Shown in pieces: positions 49,677 to 63,068 of a DNA stretch of 64,000 bases. The DNA comes from Vicugna vicugna (taxonomy: Eukaryota), in contig MU063048.1 of the NCBI GenBank assembly GCA_013265495.1, positions 4,779,302 to 4,843,301 of the forward strand, given 5' to 3'. The notes under the pieces were generated by a model. That model made no database searches, was not told the DNA's origin, and saw only the letters and a list, made by a program, of their open reading frames with translations. The first letter of the stretch is position 1. Every line of letters starts with the position of its first letter. Both the position numbers and the translations under genes were made by a program.

Positions 49677-52600
49677 TGGGCGCAGGCTGCGCCTGAGCGC
49701 ACCTGCCTGGTTCCCCGGGGGGCGGGAGCCCCTTGGTCGCTCGTTGAGCGCTGGTTGGACACAGTCACTGAGACTTAGGGGCCCAGTTCCCTCACTATAG
49801 AGTGAGCTGCTCATCAGCTTCCAGGTTCCTCTTTAAACACGAGTCTCTAGAAACGCGGCAGGTTGGTCGGCAAGGGCCGTGGGCACTGAGTCCAGGGAGC
49901 GGCTCAGACACAGGAGGTTTAAGGCCACTCAGTCCGGAGGCCAGAATCCAAGACCCGGGTGCGAGCAGGGCTGCCTCTCCCAAGGCCACCCTCCTGGGCA
50001 CGCGGCCGCCGTCTCCTCTCCATGGGGACCTTTGTTCGCGTCCCCATGTCATCCTGGATCAGGGCCCAGCCTGGAGACCCCGTTTTACCTTGATCACCTC
50101 TCAAGGCCCGGCTCTAGACACAGCCGCGCTCTGAGGTGCTGGGGTCAAGCTGCAGCGGACACATTGGGAGCAGCTCTGCCCACGACAGAGGTGACCCTGC
50201 GGCCCAGGGTGGGCCTGCGAGGCCGCCGGAGGGCACTGGAGCCGGGCCCGCGGGGCAAGGCCTCAAGGCTGTGGCCCAGGAGAGGCGCGGCTTTGAGAAC
50301 AACATTGGAATGATGGCAGGCTGTTTCAAGATCGCTGTGCAGCCCTTCCGACTCTGTTTATTAGAGATTTTCCAGTAAGCCTCCTTGTGAAAACGGGCTT
50401 TCTTTTTTGTCCCATCGCTTGCTGCCCAATCACAGCCCCCACGGGGAGGGGCCCGGGCTCAGCCGCAACGCGGGGCCGGCAGGCAGGCCTGCTGTCGTCC
50501 GCAGGCTCTTTCCTCTGGTCTGTCTTTCGCTCCGGTTTAGATACAGGTGCGAACTCGGTATGTGACTTCACAGGCAGCGTGATCCCCAGGGCTGCCTTCC
50601 AGGGAGAGGAGGCCAGCCCCACCCCAGCCGTGGCCCTGGGACCGCGGCCCTGCTCGCCCCGTGGTGCAGAAACCATCACCCGTCACCAGCACAGTCACCC
50701 TTCTCCCTGCAGCCCCTCCCCGCAGAGAAGGAGCTGTCACCTCTGGACCACGGAGCTGGCTTCCAGCCAAACTGCCGACGTCACTGAGAGTCCGCAGGAC
50801 AGCAGTGCTCCAGCGATCCCCGCGCCGGCACACCGGCTGTGTGCAGAGCGACCCCGGGCCACGCTGCCCACCCCGCGGAGGAGACAGGGCCCTGGGTTTC
50901 CATCCCTGCAACGGCCCAGAGAGCCGGGCGGTGAGCCCCCCTCCCTGGCGGGCGCCGTGGGTTTCCCCAGCGCCTCCCGGGGCTGCCACAGCCCCCCGCC
51001 TGTGTTCCACTGGGGGCTTCTTGTTTCTTGTAAAAGATGAGGTTAGAGTAACCTCGACGCCCTATTCCCTCCTCTCGTAAACACAGCAGGGAAATGCCAG
51101 TGACACAGGCCGTCCTGAAACCACTTGTTTTGAGCTGCAGTGGAAACAGCACTTCCTTCCCCTGAGTCAGGCCGGTGCCGCGCACAGCTGCCTGACGCAG
51201 CCAGACACGGCTCCATCACTGTTTCCACTGTAGGGCTCGCGTTCCCGGGAGCCGTCAGCTGTGGGTGGTCGTGTGTGTGTGTGTCCTGTGCTGTCCCGGA
51301 GATCCAGTGGGTCACCGAGCAGGTTGGAGGGGGTGGGAACACATGCCCCAGCTCCACCGCCCAGGATGTCGGGCGTGATGCCTCGGTCCCCCGGCCCCCG
51401 CCCCCGGCCCTCGCCAGCACAGCCGCAGGGCCGGCGTGGGGCAGCAGTGGCATCGGGGCCCCGAGCCTCCCTGCCATTGTCACTGGAACTGGCGCACCCT
51501 CACGTCCTGCTGTCCAGCTCTCTCCCCCCGGAGCCTTCCAGGTGCTGCAGCCAGAACAGCCCCTCCCCACCAGCCCCACTCCAGCCCCTCCGCTGCCGAG
51601 GACAGAACAGGCTGCCGCCAGGGCTCCCTCCGCTCGTGCCCCCTTCCTGCCCGCAAGGCGCCAGCTCTCCTTCCTCCCGAATGACATCTGCTCCTGGGGC
51701 CAGGGCGGCCAAGGGCTAGGGCAGGCAGGCGGAGGCCCGAGAAGGCCGTGGCTCTGGCCAAGCGGGCAGCCGGGCCTGGGAATCGGATGGGGAAGGGTTT
51801 GGAAGCCCAGGCCCAGAGCCTGAGTGTGCAGGTCCGGGAGTCAGGGAAGCGAGAATCACCATCTGGGGCAGGAGTTAAGGGATGAATTCCAGATATTTCC
51901 ATGAAAGCTGTGACTCGGCTCCAAGCCCACAGAGACCCTCCAGAGGCCCCGGGGACCCCGGTGTCCTCACGCCCCCGGCACCTGGGTCCCGCCTTGAGGG
52001 GTAGCCTTGCTGAGGACCACGGCCCAGGCCCCCGGGTCCCTGGACCCACATCGGGGCCTGTCCGCCCCTGTGAGTCCCGCCCGAGTCTCCGGCCCCGCTG
52101 CCGGCCGGACCTCGTCAGGGGCGAGATGTGTCCGGCGCACTGTGGCCGTCTTCCCTCCGGTCCCTCCCATGGGTTCCCGTGACGGCTTCTGGAAAGGCCC
52201 AGCCCGGGCTCCTGGGTGAGGCCGTCTGCGCCTCACGCCGTGTGTCCCCGCAGCGCCGGCCTTGAAACCACGGAAACCAGGGACCTGGCTGTTTGTTCAC
52301 AGTGATTCGTATGAAACCCTCACGTACCATCCAAACTCTGAAAAATCAGAAAGAGAACAAAACAATCACCGCTGCCACCTGAAGAGGAAAAACCAGGGCC
52401 TCGCACAGCCTCCTGCAGGCCCGGCTTTTCCATCTCTCTGGGCGACGCAGCCCCACTCTCTCTGGAGCCGCCCCTCGTTTCCTCTCACGGGCGTTGTGGT
52501 TTCGTCTTTGATTTCAGGTTCATTCACGTTCATTCAGCGCAGCGCTGTCACGCGGATTCCCACGTGCCCACCTCTGGGCCTCAGCGCGGCCCCCGGGCTG

Positions 52601-54069
52601 CCCGCCCCGGGCTGGGCCGAGTGGCAGGAGGCCGGGGAGCCACGGTCCAAAGCAAGCGCCCTTGGGTGGCCGGCGAATGGATGGAGCCAGAGGAGGCCCA
52701 GCGGGTAGGCCCAGTGGTGGGGGGCAGAGCTCAGGCCCCCAGGGACACACGCGCCTTAGCAGGAGGCGAGGGCCAGGCCTTCCAGAAAAAGGCAGAGAAG
52801 GCAGAGGTGAACGGAGGGAGGAGCCCGGGCAGGAGCAGACCCGCCCTGGTCGCGAAGGCAGCAGTGCAGCTGGGTAGCTGGGGGCCATGTCCCAGCCGAG
52901 GGGTCAACTGAGTCCCGGGGATTGAAGTGTAGGATAAAAGAGCTTTGGTGGCAGAATGGGAAGCCCTCCCTGACGATCAGAACCGTGAGAGGAGGGGGGT
53001 CCTGGGTGAGCAAGACAGTGGGGCTCGGGTGAGGGCCAGCCCCCCTGCCGCTGCCTGTGGCCCCACTGCCGCGGCCCCTCCCCCACCAGCAGCCGAGCGT
53101 GTCTCCCCCAGCCCCTCGTAAACGTCCTTTTACTCACACTGATTTGTAAAATGCAAGACAGGTGCTAAAAATGAAGTTAGCAGCACTTACGGGTGAGTTT
53201 GTACCTGCTTCATCCCAACAGCGGCGCGCTGCCCGGCCGGCTTCGCCCGACACTGCGAGTCCGCTGCTCACAGACTCACTGGCCTCTTGATAGCAGGCGG
53301 CCCCGCCACCAATTCCTTTTGTGTTGTTCTTCAATATTTAAGTCTGAAAGGTTATAGACTTGAAAAGCAGTTGCTTACGTAGAAGAATAAAGAATTCCCA
53401 CGTTTCCGCCACTTGGCTTCCCGAGTGGAGGCTACACGTGCCTGCTTCTCTGCCCTGCCCCCGTCTGCCTGCCGGTCCCTCTCTCTGTTTCTCGCTCTCT
53501 CTGCACAGTGTTTCCCTGAGCTGTTTCAGATGTGGTACCCCTTCCCCACAAGCTCTCGCGTGTCCCCTGCGGTCACAGACCCAGGCACCCTCTGCGGGGC
53601 CAGGCACAGTTGTCCGCCCAGAGAGTCAACGGCACGCCCTCCAGTCGGCTCTCCAGACGACAGTCCAACGTCACCAGTCACAGCGTCCTTGATAGACGTT
53701 CAAGGACACCTGGCGTGTTGTCTCTGGCACAGGGTGGGGTGGGGGCCCCGCTGGATGTTGGGTGGGGTCCCCTCTGCTCCAAGAAGCCCCGACACCTCAC
53801 CTGCAGGTCGTTTCTCTAGTGAAGTGTCCTTACCCCCGTGACACCATCTGTGTCTTGTCCTGTATGCAGACATGTTCTCTGGTGCAGGCATTCAGCCCAG
53901 ACAGACCACCCCACCTCCCAGGAGGCCACTACCGGTCTTTGCTGACGTGAGGCATAGAGCCGGCCTGCCCTCCGCGTCTGGTCACGGCTGCTGGGAGGCG
54001 TCCGTGCAGACAGGGCTGCAGGAGAAAGGGTGGGGCAATCGGGCACCATCTTCACGGCCTCTGCTGGGG

Positions 54070-54379
54070 AGGGAGCATGTCCCCCGAGTTCATGTGCTGG
54101 GTGGTGTGGTGTCAGGAGGGGCCCTGGGAGTGATGAGGTCGGGGTGGGGCCCCTGCGACGGGACGAGCGTCCTCAGGAGAAGCTCTTTGGAGGGGACGTG
54201 TGAGGGCACAGTGAGAGGACAGCATCTCCAGACCAGGATGAGAGACCGGACACCAGCCTGGCCGGAACCCTGACCGGCACCCTGACCTTGGCCTGGCCTT
54301 CAGAAATGTGGGGACAAACGTCAGTGTCTAAGCCGGCCGGTCTGCGGTGTTTGTTACGGTGGCCGGGATGGACCGAGGC
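54070..54379 (+). mobile_element. MLT1A-type ERVL-MaLR solo LTR
   Basis: tgtcccccgagttcatgtgctg...gtgagggcacagtgagaggacag...ccttcagaaatgtgg...ctaagccggccggtctgcggtgtttgttacggtggcc follows the MLT1A layout. Confidence 0.8.
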
Positions 54380-56044
54380 GCTCTGACCAGGGAGCAGAGA
54401 AGGGCCACCCCGGCAGGCCGGGGCACAGAGCTGGCCGCAGAGGTGGAGCTGGGAGAGACCAGCGTGGAAGGGGCACTTCGCAGGCTGGGCAACGGAGTGG
54501 GAGCCGAGCTGCCCAAGGGCCTCAGGTGGGACCCCCACAGGTGGGCTCCGGCTTTGCACCCTTCGCCCAGTAACAGACCTGCCCACGGCGACCGAGCGAG
54601 GGTCTGCTATGTCCCCAGATGCCGACGCCGAGCTGAGAACGGTGGGCATATGTCTAGAGGGGACACAGGGCGGGGCGCAGAGCGAGGAGGTGGGGGCCCT
54701 GGACCCCCCACCCACCCTGTAGGCAGTGTCCCCATGTGTGGCCACTTGGGGTCTCTGCAGGGGCACCTGGGATCAGGAGCCACAGGTCGTGGGGAGGCTG
54801 TGGGCAGGTCCCACTGCAGCAGCTCCAGGAGGGGCTGGCTCACGGGCAGCGTCTCTACGTGTGGACGGCAACAGTGGAGATGGTCCCGCAGACGGTCCTG
54901 CACCTTTGGGGACGGCCTGGACCTTGGCTGTGAGGGGTCCTGCCTGGGGCAGGTTCAGTGGGGTCCACCCACAGGCCCCCACTCAGTCTGCTTCCCAGCT
55001 GCTGCTGGTGCAGGGAACAGAGTTTCCATGGAGCGGTTTCTACTGGCTTCCGCACTGACCCCGTCACGTTGCCCTTTGGAGATGGGCACCTGCCCCAGGG
55101 GGGCACCCGGGGGGATCGGGGTCACCTGCTGTCCTCACCCCAACATTCGCAGACAGGGTGTGACGAAGGCCAGCCCCTCTGTAGAGGCCAGTCTCCTGGA
55201 GTCTGGAGGGGCAGAAGGGCCTGAGAGGCCAGGTGGCATGTCCAGAGGTGGACGCAGTGCAGACAGAGAATGAAGACCACCCTGGGTGCAAAGATAGACC
55301 GGGGGCTTTGACAAATCTTCCTCCCCCAGGCAGCGCTCCCAACCTTTCACCCCGGAGAGAGTTCTAGAATGTGGCTAACCCTGCCCAAAGCTTCCCCAAT
55401 TACTTGAATGTAGGTGCCAGGGAAGGGCACTTGGCCGCCTGACGGGAGGTGGGGGGACAGCGAGCCTGTGTTGCCCCTTTGTCCTCACTGCCCCTGTGGC
55501 TGGTAGAATGCTTGCCACCATGTACGTCCTTGGGCTCCTGGGCACACGGGCCAAGCCTGGGTCTTCGTGGCCTTTGTGGTCACGTGGTGGAGGGAGGCAA
55601 GGAGTGAGCCTGGGCAGGGACTGGAAATGCCCCCTTCCCTCGGACCGTCCACCACCCGTGGGAAGGGCAGTGATGCGTACGCGGACACACAGGGGAACCA
55701 GCCCCTCCTGTCTGCCGAGGACCCCCCTGAGCCCAGGGCAGCCAGGAGACTCCCGACAGTGGCGCGTCTGGCTCGGTGGGCATTGCGGGGAAGCCACCTG
55801 CGCTCCCCCTAAAACCACCCTCCCGGTCTCAGCCTCCACGCTGAGATGGAAAATGGTACGTGCTGCCAAGGCCGGCACGGTCTGCAGCCTGTGAGGCCAG
55901 GAGCTGGGGAGGGGTCGGGCGGCCGCGGGGGCCGCAGGGTGGAACCCGGGTCCCAGGGCCATCACGGCCTCTGGAGGAGGAGGCCCGATCCACCCGCAAG
56001 CCACACAGCACACTGCAGGCCCTCTGAGACTGTCCACCTGGAGG

Positions 56045-56130
56045 GGACACGTGTCACCTCCCCTCACATCTCCTCCATCTGAGCAAGGGGCATGACTGTG
56101 CTCACCTGCAGAGTAAGTGGGGAGCGGATG
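56045..56130 (+). mobile_element. Possible MIR fragment
   Basis: gtcacctcccctcacatctcctccatctgagcaaggggcatga weakly resembles the MIR core. Confidence 0.35.
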
Positions 56131-58088
56131 GGGGGCGGGGGGACGGACCACGGGGTGATGCCGAGGCCTCTGAACCACAGACCGCAATGGGCCTGAAGCC
56201 CCAGCTGGGGACATGGGCCCACAACCGCCTGCCCAGTCTCGTCCCACTGGTCCAGGGCATCCTCCCTGACAGCCTGGTGTGGAGGACGGACGAGCAGCCC
56301 CACAGGAGGCCTGTGTCCGGTCTCTGTGGGGGGAGGAGGCCGCACCAGCTGGACACTGGAGAGGAGCCGGGATCTGCACTCTCAGGGGACCGCACCAGGT
56401 TCTGGGGCACAAGTGAGTGACGGCAGCGTGTTCTGGGCTGAAAAGTGCTGGACGAGGGCCAGCACGCCTTGCTGCCACGTCCAGGTCGCAGGCTGCAGAG
56501 CTAGCTAGCAGCGCACGTGCCCCCGTGCGCCGGCCCGTCTGGAGGAGCCGCTGCGAACCCGTTTCCATGGCGGCTCTGTGACCACCCTGACCACGGGGCC
56601 GCAGGGCTCACCTGGGAAATTAAAGATCCTGTGTTTTCTAAGGTTGTGTGATGTTCTTTGGGGCCTTTTTCTTTTAATGAACGTGCACAGGAATCTAATT
56701 TTCAGTGCAGCTCGAACAGTGGGATGTATTTGGTGCATTTATATCAGGAAATACTGAGGGTTTTCTTGGTGAACCCAGGTGACTGTAAACAACACAGGCT
56801 CATAGATGTTTGATACAGTTCTTAATTGATTTGCGCAAGATGTTTGCGTTAAATGAAAAGTTTTCCAAGCATATGTGCTTTAAAACTAATTTATTTCTTG
56901 GTGTCTTGCCTGGGACTTTTTCCAAAATAATCCTAGGGTGGGGGTAGCGGGAGGGTCACAGACGAGCAAGACTGGCCGCCAGTCAGGAGCTGCTGGAGCT
57001 GCCACGAGTGCACGGCGGGGCTTGGAATGCGATGGGTGGTTTAAAAGCTGCTTTATTTACCCTTTGAGCAGACAAGGTCATTTAAGGTATCAGAGCAATT
57101 CCTGGAGCTGCTCTCAATAACGAAATGAGGTCAAACGCTACGGAACTAAGAAGAGTTTTTGCATTTTTTTTACAGTTAGTGAAAAGTTCAAAGCCAGCGA
57201 GCTGAGTGGGACCCGCAGGCTGTGGTCTGCAGACCCTGCTGAGGTGGAGACATGTCTGAGACAAAAAGGAAGGCGACAGGCCCCCGGTGGGCACAGCAGC
57301 CCCGTTCTGGGGGCCCAATCTGATCAGACATGAAACTGCAGTTCCCATGAGTGGAGTTTAGTGGGGCCATGATCACGGGATTCTTGCTGTCTGCCCTCCG
57401 ACGCCCTCCCCACCCGGTGGAGCCGGGGAGTTTGCAACACAGATGGACGGACTATTCTCGGTTTCCCCTTTAGGCCGCAGGGCCAAAGACGTCTACCATC
57501 TAGAACGTCTCAGAGAACGTCTGCCGCGCCCCGAGCCCCGAGTCCTGTGTCTGTGTGGATTCCAGCTCCTCCCTCCTGGAGCTGTGTCGAGCAGGCGACA
57601 AGTTAACTGCTGCCAACAACAGCTACTTGTATGTCGCTTTGGTTATCGCCCTCAAAACAGTCTGAATCCATGTCGGCGTGTCCCTTTATTGGACGTTCCT
57701 AGATCTGCCTCCTTGCAGAAAGCTCCCCCAGAACCTAAAAACCTGGTCCGCCCCAGGTGTGCGGGCTCCCCACCTCCCACCGGGTTCAGGCGGCACCTGG
57801 TCTCCCCGGCTGTCCTGATGCCGCGGGCAGAGGACTCGGCCACGGCCCTGCCCGGCCCCTGGGACGCAGGGCGGGCTCTGCCCAGGGTGTCTGTGTTCCT
57901 CGCTGCCGCCTGCCGAAGTGCCCGCCTCGAAACTCGACCAAGGACACACCCTTGAAGGCGCCCGCCCCCGAACAGGCTGGAGGGCGTGTGGCCTGTCCTC
58001 CCTCGCCGCTCACACTCCTCTCATTACCCACGAACTCCACTCAGTTAAAGCTGCCTGTCTCCGACATGAAGAAAATTCAGTCCTGGGG

Positions 58089-58295
58089 TGCTGTGGTCCG
58101 AATGCCCCAAACTCGTGTGCTGAAACCCTAACCCCAAGGTAACGGTGCGAGGGGGCTTCACCTCATGGGGTGGGTGACGCCTCGCCCCATCTGTCCACCC
58201 TGTGGGAGACAGCAGGACGACTGCCCACGAGCTGGGAAGGGGCTCCCGGACGCCACGTCTGCCGACACACGGTTGCGGGCTTCAGCCCCCAGAAC
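58089..58295 (+). mobile_element. MLT1A/B-type LTR fragment
   Basis: tgctgtggtccgaatgccccaaactcgtgtgctgaaaccctaacccc...tctgccgacac...ggcttcagcccccagaac matches MLT1A. Confidence 0.75.
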
Positions 58296-58344
58296 CAAAG
58301 CCCCGGGAGCTGGCTGGAGGCCCAGGATGACTGAGACGGTGGGA

Positions 58345-58915
58345 GGGCGGGAGTGTGAAACGGTGCAGCCGTGTGGAAAACAGCAGGCAGGCGCCTCAAA
58401 AAGTTAAACGCAGAACTACCACGTGGCCCAGCAATTCCACATCTGGGTACAAACCCAAAAGACATGAAAGCAGGGTCTCAGAGAGATACCTGTAACCCCA
58501 CGGTCGTAGCACATCCGTGCACAGTGGCGAAGAGGTGGAAGCCACCCAGCCAGCGTCCACCTCGAAGGCTCGGTGGATGAGCAGTGCGGCCCACCACTCA
58601 GGCTTGGAGAGGAAGGCAGTGCTGACGCCTGCGCCAGCGCGGGTGACTGCGAGGACGAGACGTTCAGGAGATGGGCCCTTGCAGAGGACAGGCCGCGGGA
58701 CAGACCACGGGAGTCCACTCACGTCAGGCCCGGAATCATTGGCTCCACCAGCTGGGCTGTGGCTCCAGGGGCCGGGGGGCCCGTGTTTAATGGGGACAGT
58801 CTCGGTTTCAGAGATGAGACCTTGGTGATGGTTGAACTGCCGTGTGAACGAACTGAAGGCCTGAGCTGCGCCCCAGAAAGTGGTTGGTGGGCACGTCTCA
58901 CGCGCTGTGCGTGAA
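58345..58915 (+). mobile_element. L1MB-type 3' end, sense
   Basis: ggtgcagccgtgtggaaaacag...cagaactaccacgtggcccagcaattccac...ctgggtacaaacccaaaaga and gtgtttaatggggacagtctc match L1M 3' sequence. Confidence 0.85.
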
Positions 58916-60674
58916 GCCCAGTCAGAGCCAGCGCCCGCCGCCTGGCTGCCTTCCCCGGGCAGGACGTAACACACTCTCCTGAGTTTTCTCAATGGCTGCC
59001 GACGAGACTGATTTGGGGAAAGAGCCAAGTAGTACTCAGGGTCCAGTCAACACACAGTCTTGAGTTCAAAGCCACACACAGCAGTGACCCGGAGCGACTT
59101 GGAGGCTCTCACGAGCGGTCATCAGGCAGCGTCCCTGAGGCCGGGAGCCTCCCGGCGGGGGCCTCGGGGGCCAGCACCCTGCCCCCGCCACCTCCCAAGC
59201 CGGCACTTCGGCCGTGGTGCCTCATGAAGGAAGGCTGCTTTCGTTTCTCTTCATGACACAAAGTTAATCTTAATCAAAAACAAATGAGGCCACTTGCGGG
59301 CAAACGCCCTTGTGCATCGGCTCGTGCCGGCGACTAAGGCCAAGGCTCTGGGGGAAACGCAGAGCGCTTCCAGCGGCTGGAGAGCTGTGCTTGATGCTTG
59401 ACCGGGTGTCCCCCCCCCCTCCCCGTGCACACTGACCGTCAACCCTGCGGAGTGGGAGGGGAGTCACTGCCCCGGGACCACGCGTCTTGGCATGCCTCCG
59501 CGGCCCCGCGCACTGGGGGTCTCACGGGCAAGCCCCCAGCGTAGAGGACCGACCGCACAGCACCGAAGGGCCAGCATGGACTGAACATCCTCCATTTAGA
59601 AGCCCCTTGGCCGGTTCTGCAATTAAAGCATTTCTCATTCCACTTATGAAAGATTCATTCTGAGTGTGTGTGGTCTGAGGTGCTGTGCAAACAGCCCGTC
59701 TGAGGTGAGCTACCTCTGCCCACGGGGTGCAATCTCCAGGGCTCTGCCATTTCCCCCTTCCTGGGAGAGGCAGAGCCAGGCAGCTTCCAAGCCCAGCTCC
59801 CCTGCCCCGAGCTCCTCTTTCCACACATCTTCACGAACCTTCAGTCCACCCTGAACTGCTGGCAGGTCTCTGGGGATGCAGAACAAACAGGACACAGCCC
59901 ACAGCCCCGGCCACCCCGGGGCCCAGAGAGAGGAGAGGGCGTTGACTGCCCGGGGCCCCCGGCACCTTCTAACCACGGCTCCCACCTAGTCTCGGGGGCC
60001 CGGCAGGTGGGCAGCCAAGGAATGGAGTGAGTGCAGGATTTTGGCTTCTCTGTGCTGAGGGTGCCTGGCGGGGGCTGTGGAAGGTTTCCAGGGCCCTAGA
60101 ATTTTGAAACTTTGTCCAGCAAGAGAGAAACTCCATGGGAAGAGCCAGGGCCGTGAGAATTTGGTGGCAGACGCAGAAACAGCACCAGGGGCACACTTCG
60201 GGGCGCCTGCCCTCCGCCCACCCCCCGCCTCCTTCCTCGCCTGACGCCGCCCGCACCACGCACCGGTGGTCACCACCCCAGCGCGCGGACGTCCGGGCCC
60301 AGCGCTGGGCCCGGCCAAAGTGGCCTCTGGCCTCAGCTTCACGTTTACGGAAAAGCGAACAAACTGCCCGACGCCGCAAGTGCCTTCGCACTTCGCCCCC
60401 TGTGGCTTCCAGGTGCCCCGACTCGGCCCCCTTCCCTCCTGACCCTACAGCGTGGGGGCTCGGCAGAAGCTGTTGGCGATGTCAGCGGCTCTCTTTTGTT
60501 TTTCTTTTTGAAATTTAGGTCGGCATTTCTAGGAATGTTATCTATTAGAAGAACAGAATTCTATGACATTCTTCCAAAGGGAAAATGAATTTCCTGAGAT
60601 TAGAAGCCGCCAGAAATGTGTACTTTTGATGTAGTTTAATAGAAAAAAATGTACATCCAGTAAAAGTCACTCTT

Positions 60675-61300
60675 TTTAAAAAATTTTGGTTGAGTGACAG
60701 TCAGTTTACAGCGTTGTGTCACTTCCTGGTGCACAGCGCCAGCTTCCAGTCACACGTGAACCCGCGTACATTCATTCTCATCGTTCTCACCGTGAGCTGC
60801 CACAGGGTCTTGTGTTACCTCTCTGTGCTGTACAGGATAATCTGGTTTCTCTGTTCTACGTATGCCTGTTGGGATCTATAAATCTCGATCTCCCAGTCTG
60901 TCCCTTCCCACCCGCCTCCCCTCTGGCAACCACAAGCTTGTTTTCTATGCCTGTTTACGCTCATGCGTCTGCTCCGTCTCCTCCTTCTCCTTCTCCTCCA
61001 CATGTGAGCGACCTTATGTGGTGTTTTTCTTTCTCTGTTGGCTTACTTCACTTAGAATGACATTCTCCAGGGACATCGATGTTGCTGCAAACGGCATTAT
61101 GTTGTTTTTTATGGCTGAGTAGTATTCCTTTGTATAAATACACCACAGCTGCTTTATCCAGGCATCTGTCGATGACATTTAGGTGCTTCCATGTCTTGGC
61201 TGTTGTAAACAGTGCTGCTGTGAGCATCGGGGCGCAGGTGTCGTCCTGAAGTAGGGCTCCTTCTGGATGCATGCCCAGGAGCGGGACTGCTGGGTCCAGG
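60675..61300 (-). mobile_element. Comparatively young L1 3' end, antisense (cetartiodactyl-like subfamily)
   Basis: tttttt...cccttcccacccgcctcccctctggcaaccacaagcttgttttctatg...ttatggctgagtagtattcc...ccatgtcttggctgttgtaaacagtgctgctgtgagcat. Confidence 0.9.
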
Positions 61301-61329
61301 GCACGTCTGTTTTCAGTCTTTTGAGGAAT

Positions 61330-62100
61330 CCCCATGCTGTTAAAAGTCACCCTTTCTGACGTGCAGTTCTCAAGCGTCACTTGCCCAAGCTCCCTCGTCC
61401 TCGCCCCGACATCCGCTGATCTGTTCTCCGTCCTGATCGTCTTTTGACTTTTCCAGGATGTCGCATAAGTGGAATCATGTAAGAGGCCGCTTTTGAGTCT
61501 GGCCTCTTTCACTTAAAAAAATGCGTCTAAGATGGATTTATGTTTATGTGACGGTAAGTTTCCCCTTTCTCGGTTCGACCCCTGGTGGTGGGATAGTTCG
61601 GACGCAGGGTGGGGTCTGCTCGACTTGGTAAGAAACGGCCAAGGAGGCTGGCAGACTGGCCTTTGCACCTGCTCCTCACCTCTCCCCCACGACAGATGCG
61701 AGTGTGGGGCGGTCTGCGTCCTTGCCAGCGGGTCTGTTGTCAGGTTTTTCTTTCTCACCTTAGCCGTTCTCACAGGCGTACAGACCTCGTTGCAGTTTGT
61801 TTGAAGTTCTCGGATGACCAGTGGTGTCGAACATCTTTCCAGGTGGTTACTGGCCGTCCATACACCTTCTTCGGTGGAGGCTGCTTTGCCAGTGAAGGCC
61901 CGCCTGCCCCCACCACTCACGTCTCCGAGACTCAGCCGCGGTGCTGAGCTTGGCGGGTGTGACGTCCATGGGTGTGTTTGCTCACTTGCTGCTCACGTGA
62001 CAATCTGCAAACAGCACAGCTGCAATGAAGATGGAGAATTCCTGGAAGCCCCGGTGGAAAGGAACATCGCCGTCAGTTTTAAACTCTGTCTTCGAGCCGC
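61330..62100 (-). mobile_element. Older L1M 3' fragments, antisense
   Basis: ctgatctgttctccgtc...ggatgtcgcataagtggaatcatg...gagtctggcctctttcactt and gatgaccagtggtgtcgaacatctttcc...ttactggccgtcca. Confidence 0.7.
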
Positions 62101-62844
62101 CGCTTCCCAGGGGCTCCACGGCAGGACGGTCGTGTGTCCGAGCTCCGGCCCCTCGGGCCTTCCTCCTGCAGACTGTCCGTGGATGGGCTGGGCGAAAAAG
62201 TAACCCCTGTGGACGGTGTGGCCGCACCGACCGCCTCTCTCTGGGTTTCTGTTCCTGCTCCCGCGGGAAGGCTGGAGGCAGCGAGGCTCCCAGGCCCCCT
62301 CCTCCTCTGCCGAGGTGTTCGTTGTAGCTTGTTCAGAAAGACTCATGTGACGTGGACGGTGGGGCGGCACTCCCTGGGGCCAGGCCGTCCGGTGCATTTG
62401 CCTAGTGAGCAGGGCAGGAGGGCTAAGCCAGGACGTGGAAGCCTGAGGCCCCGGTGCTGGAAGACAGCCCCCTCGAGCCCTGTGCTGGGGTCCAGGCCAC
62501 GGTATTGGGGAGCAGCATGTGTTTCAAGGCTGCTCTCGGCGGCGGTGACGCTGGAGTGAAGAGGGCCATTGCTTCCCGGTGGATGTGTTGCCCCAGGAGA
62601 GTCGTGAGACCAACTGGGTGTCCCGTGTGGCCCCATGGTGCACATGGGCCCCGGCTCCTCCATGGCCGAGTCAGCGTCGGCTGCGTCCACCTCCCCGCAG
62701 CCAGCTGGTCCCCATTCCTGTCCTTATTCTGTTTGTCATCCTTGTCCTCGGCCTCCCCACACTTCTGTCTTCTTGTTATTGGACTTGGTTTGACTCACCT
62801 TTCGGTCTAGTAATTGGTCTGTGTTGGCCTGCCCCGTGGACGGA

Positions 62845-63068
62845 CGGTGAAGGAGGGCTGCTGTGCACTGTTGTGCAGGTTGTCCACTGCACAACACTAG
62901 GGGCGCCGTACCCCTCCCAGTCTCATATCTGTGTTTGTAAATATACACATACATAATATTTGTACATTTATCAGTACCACATCCTGGTTGCTGGCAAAAA
63001 AAAGGCTGTAAGAAAGAGGTACCTGTGCTAATTTGCACAAACTTCCCATCAGGCTAGGGATGGTGCTG
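62845..63068. mobile_element. Probable MER91-type (hAT-Tip100) DNA transposon
   Basis: ctgttgtgcaggttgtccactgcacaacactaggggcgcc and aatttgcacaaacttcccatcaggctag resemble recalled MER91 ends. Confidence 0.5.

Noticed and set aside
49784-49797. ctcactatag resembling a T7/T3 promoter (vector contamination)
   Set aside because: Only about 10 bases match and the flanks are ordinary genomic sequence.
52356-52512. SOX (AACAAT) and TCF/LEF (CTTTGAT) motifs as a melanocyte enhancer
   Set aside because: Short motifs expected many times by chance, with no inverted SOX dimer spacing.
55375-56568. 397-aa minus-strand ORF, and similar 200-310 aa ORFs at 38-55 kb
   Set aside because: Pro/Arg/Gly/Ala-rich with no recognisable domain, overlapping ORFs in several frames, and some overlap repeat fragments. 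Expected where stop codons are scarce in GC-rich DNA.
56912-56923. NF-kB-like GGGACTTTTTCC
   Set aside because: It has five T's rather than the three of GGGACTTTCC, so the spacing is wrong.
58126-58135. ccctaacccc telomere-like motif
   Set aside because: It is the normal gaaaccctaacccc segment of an MLT1A LTR.
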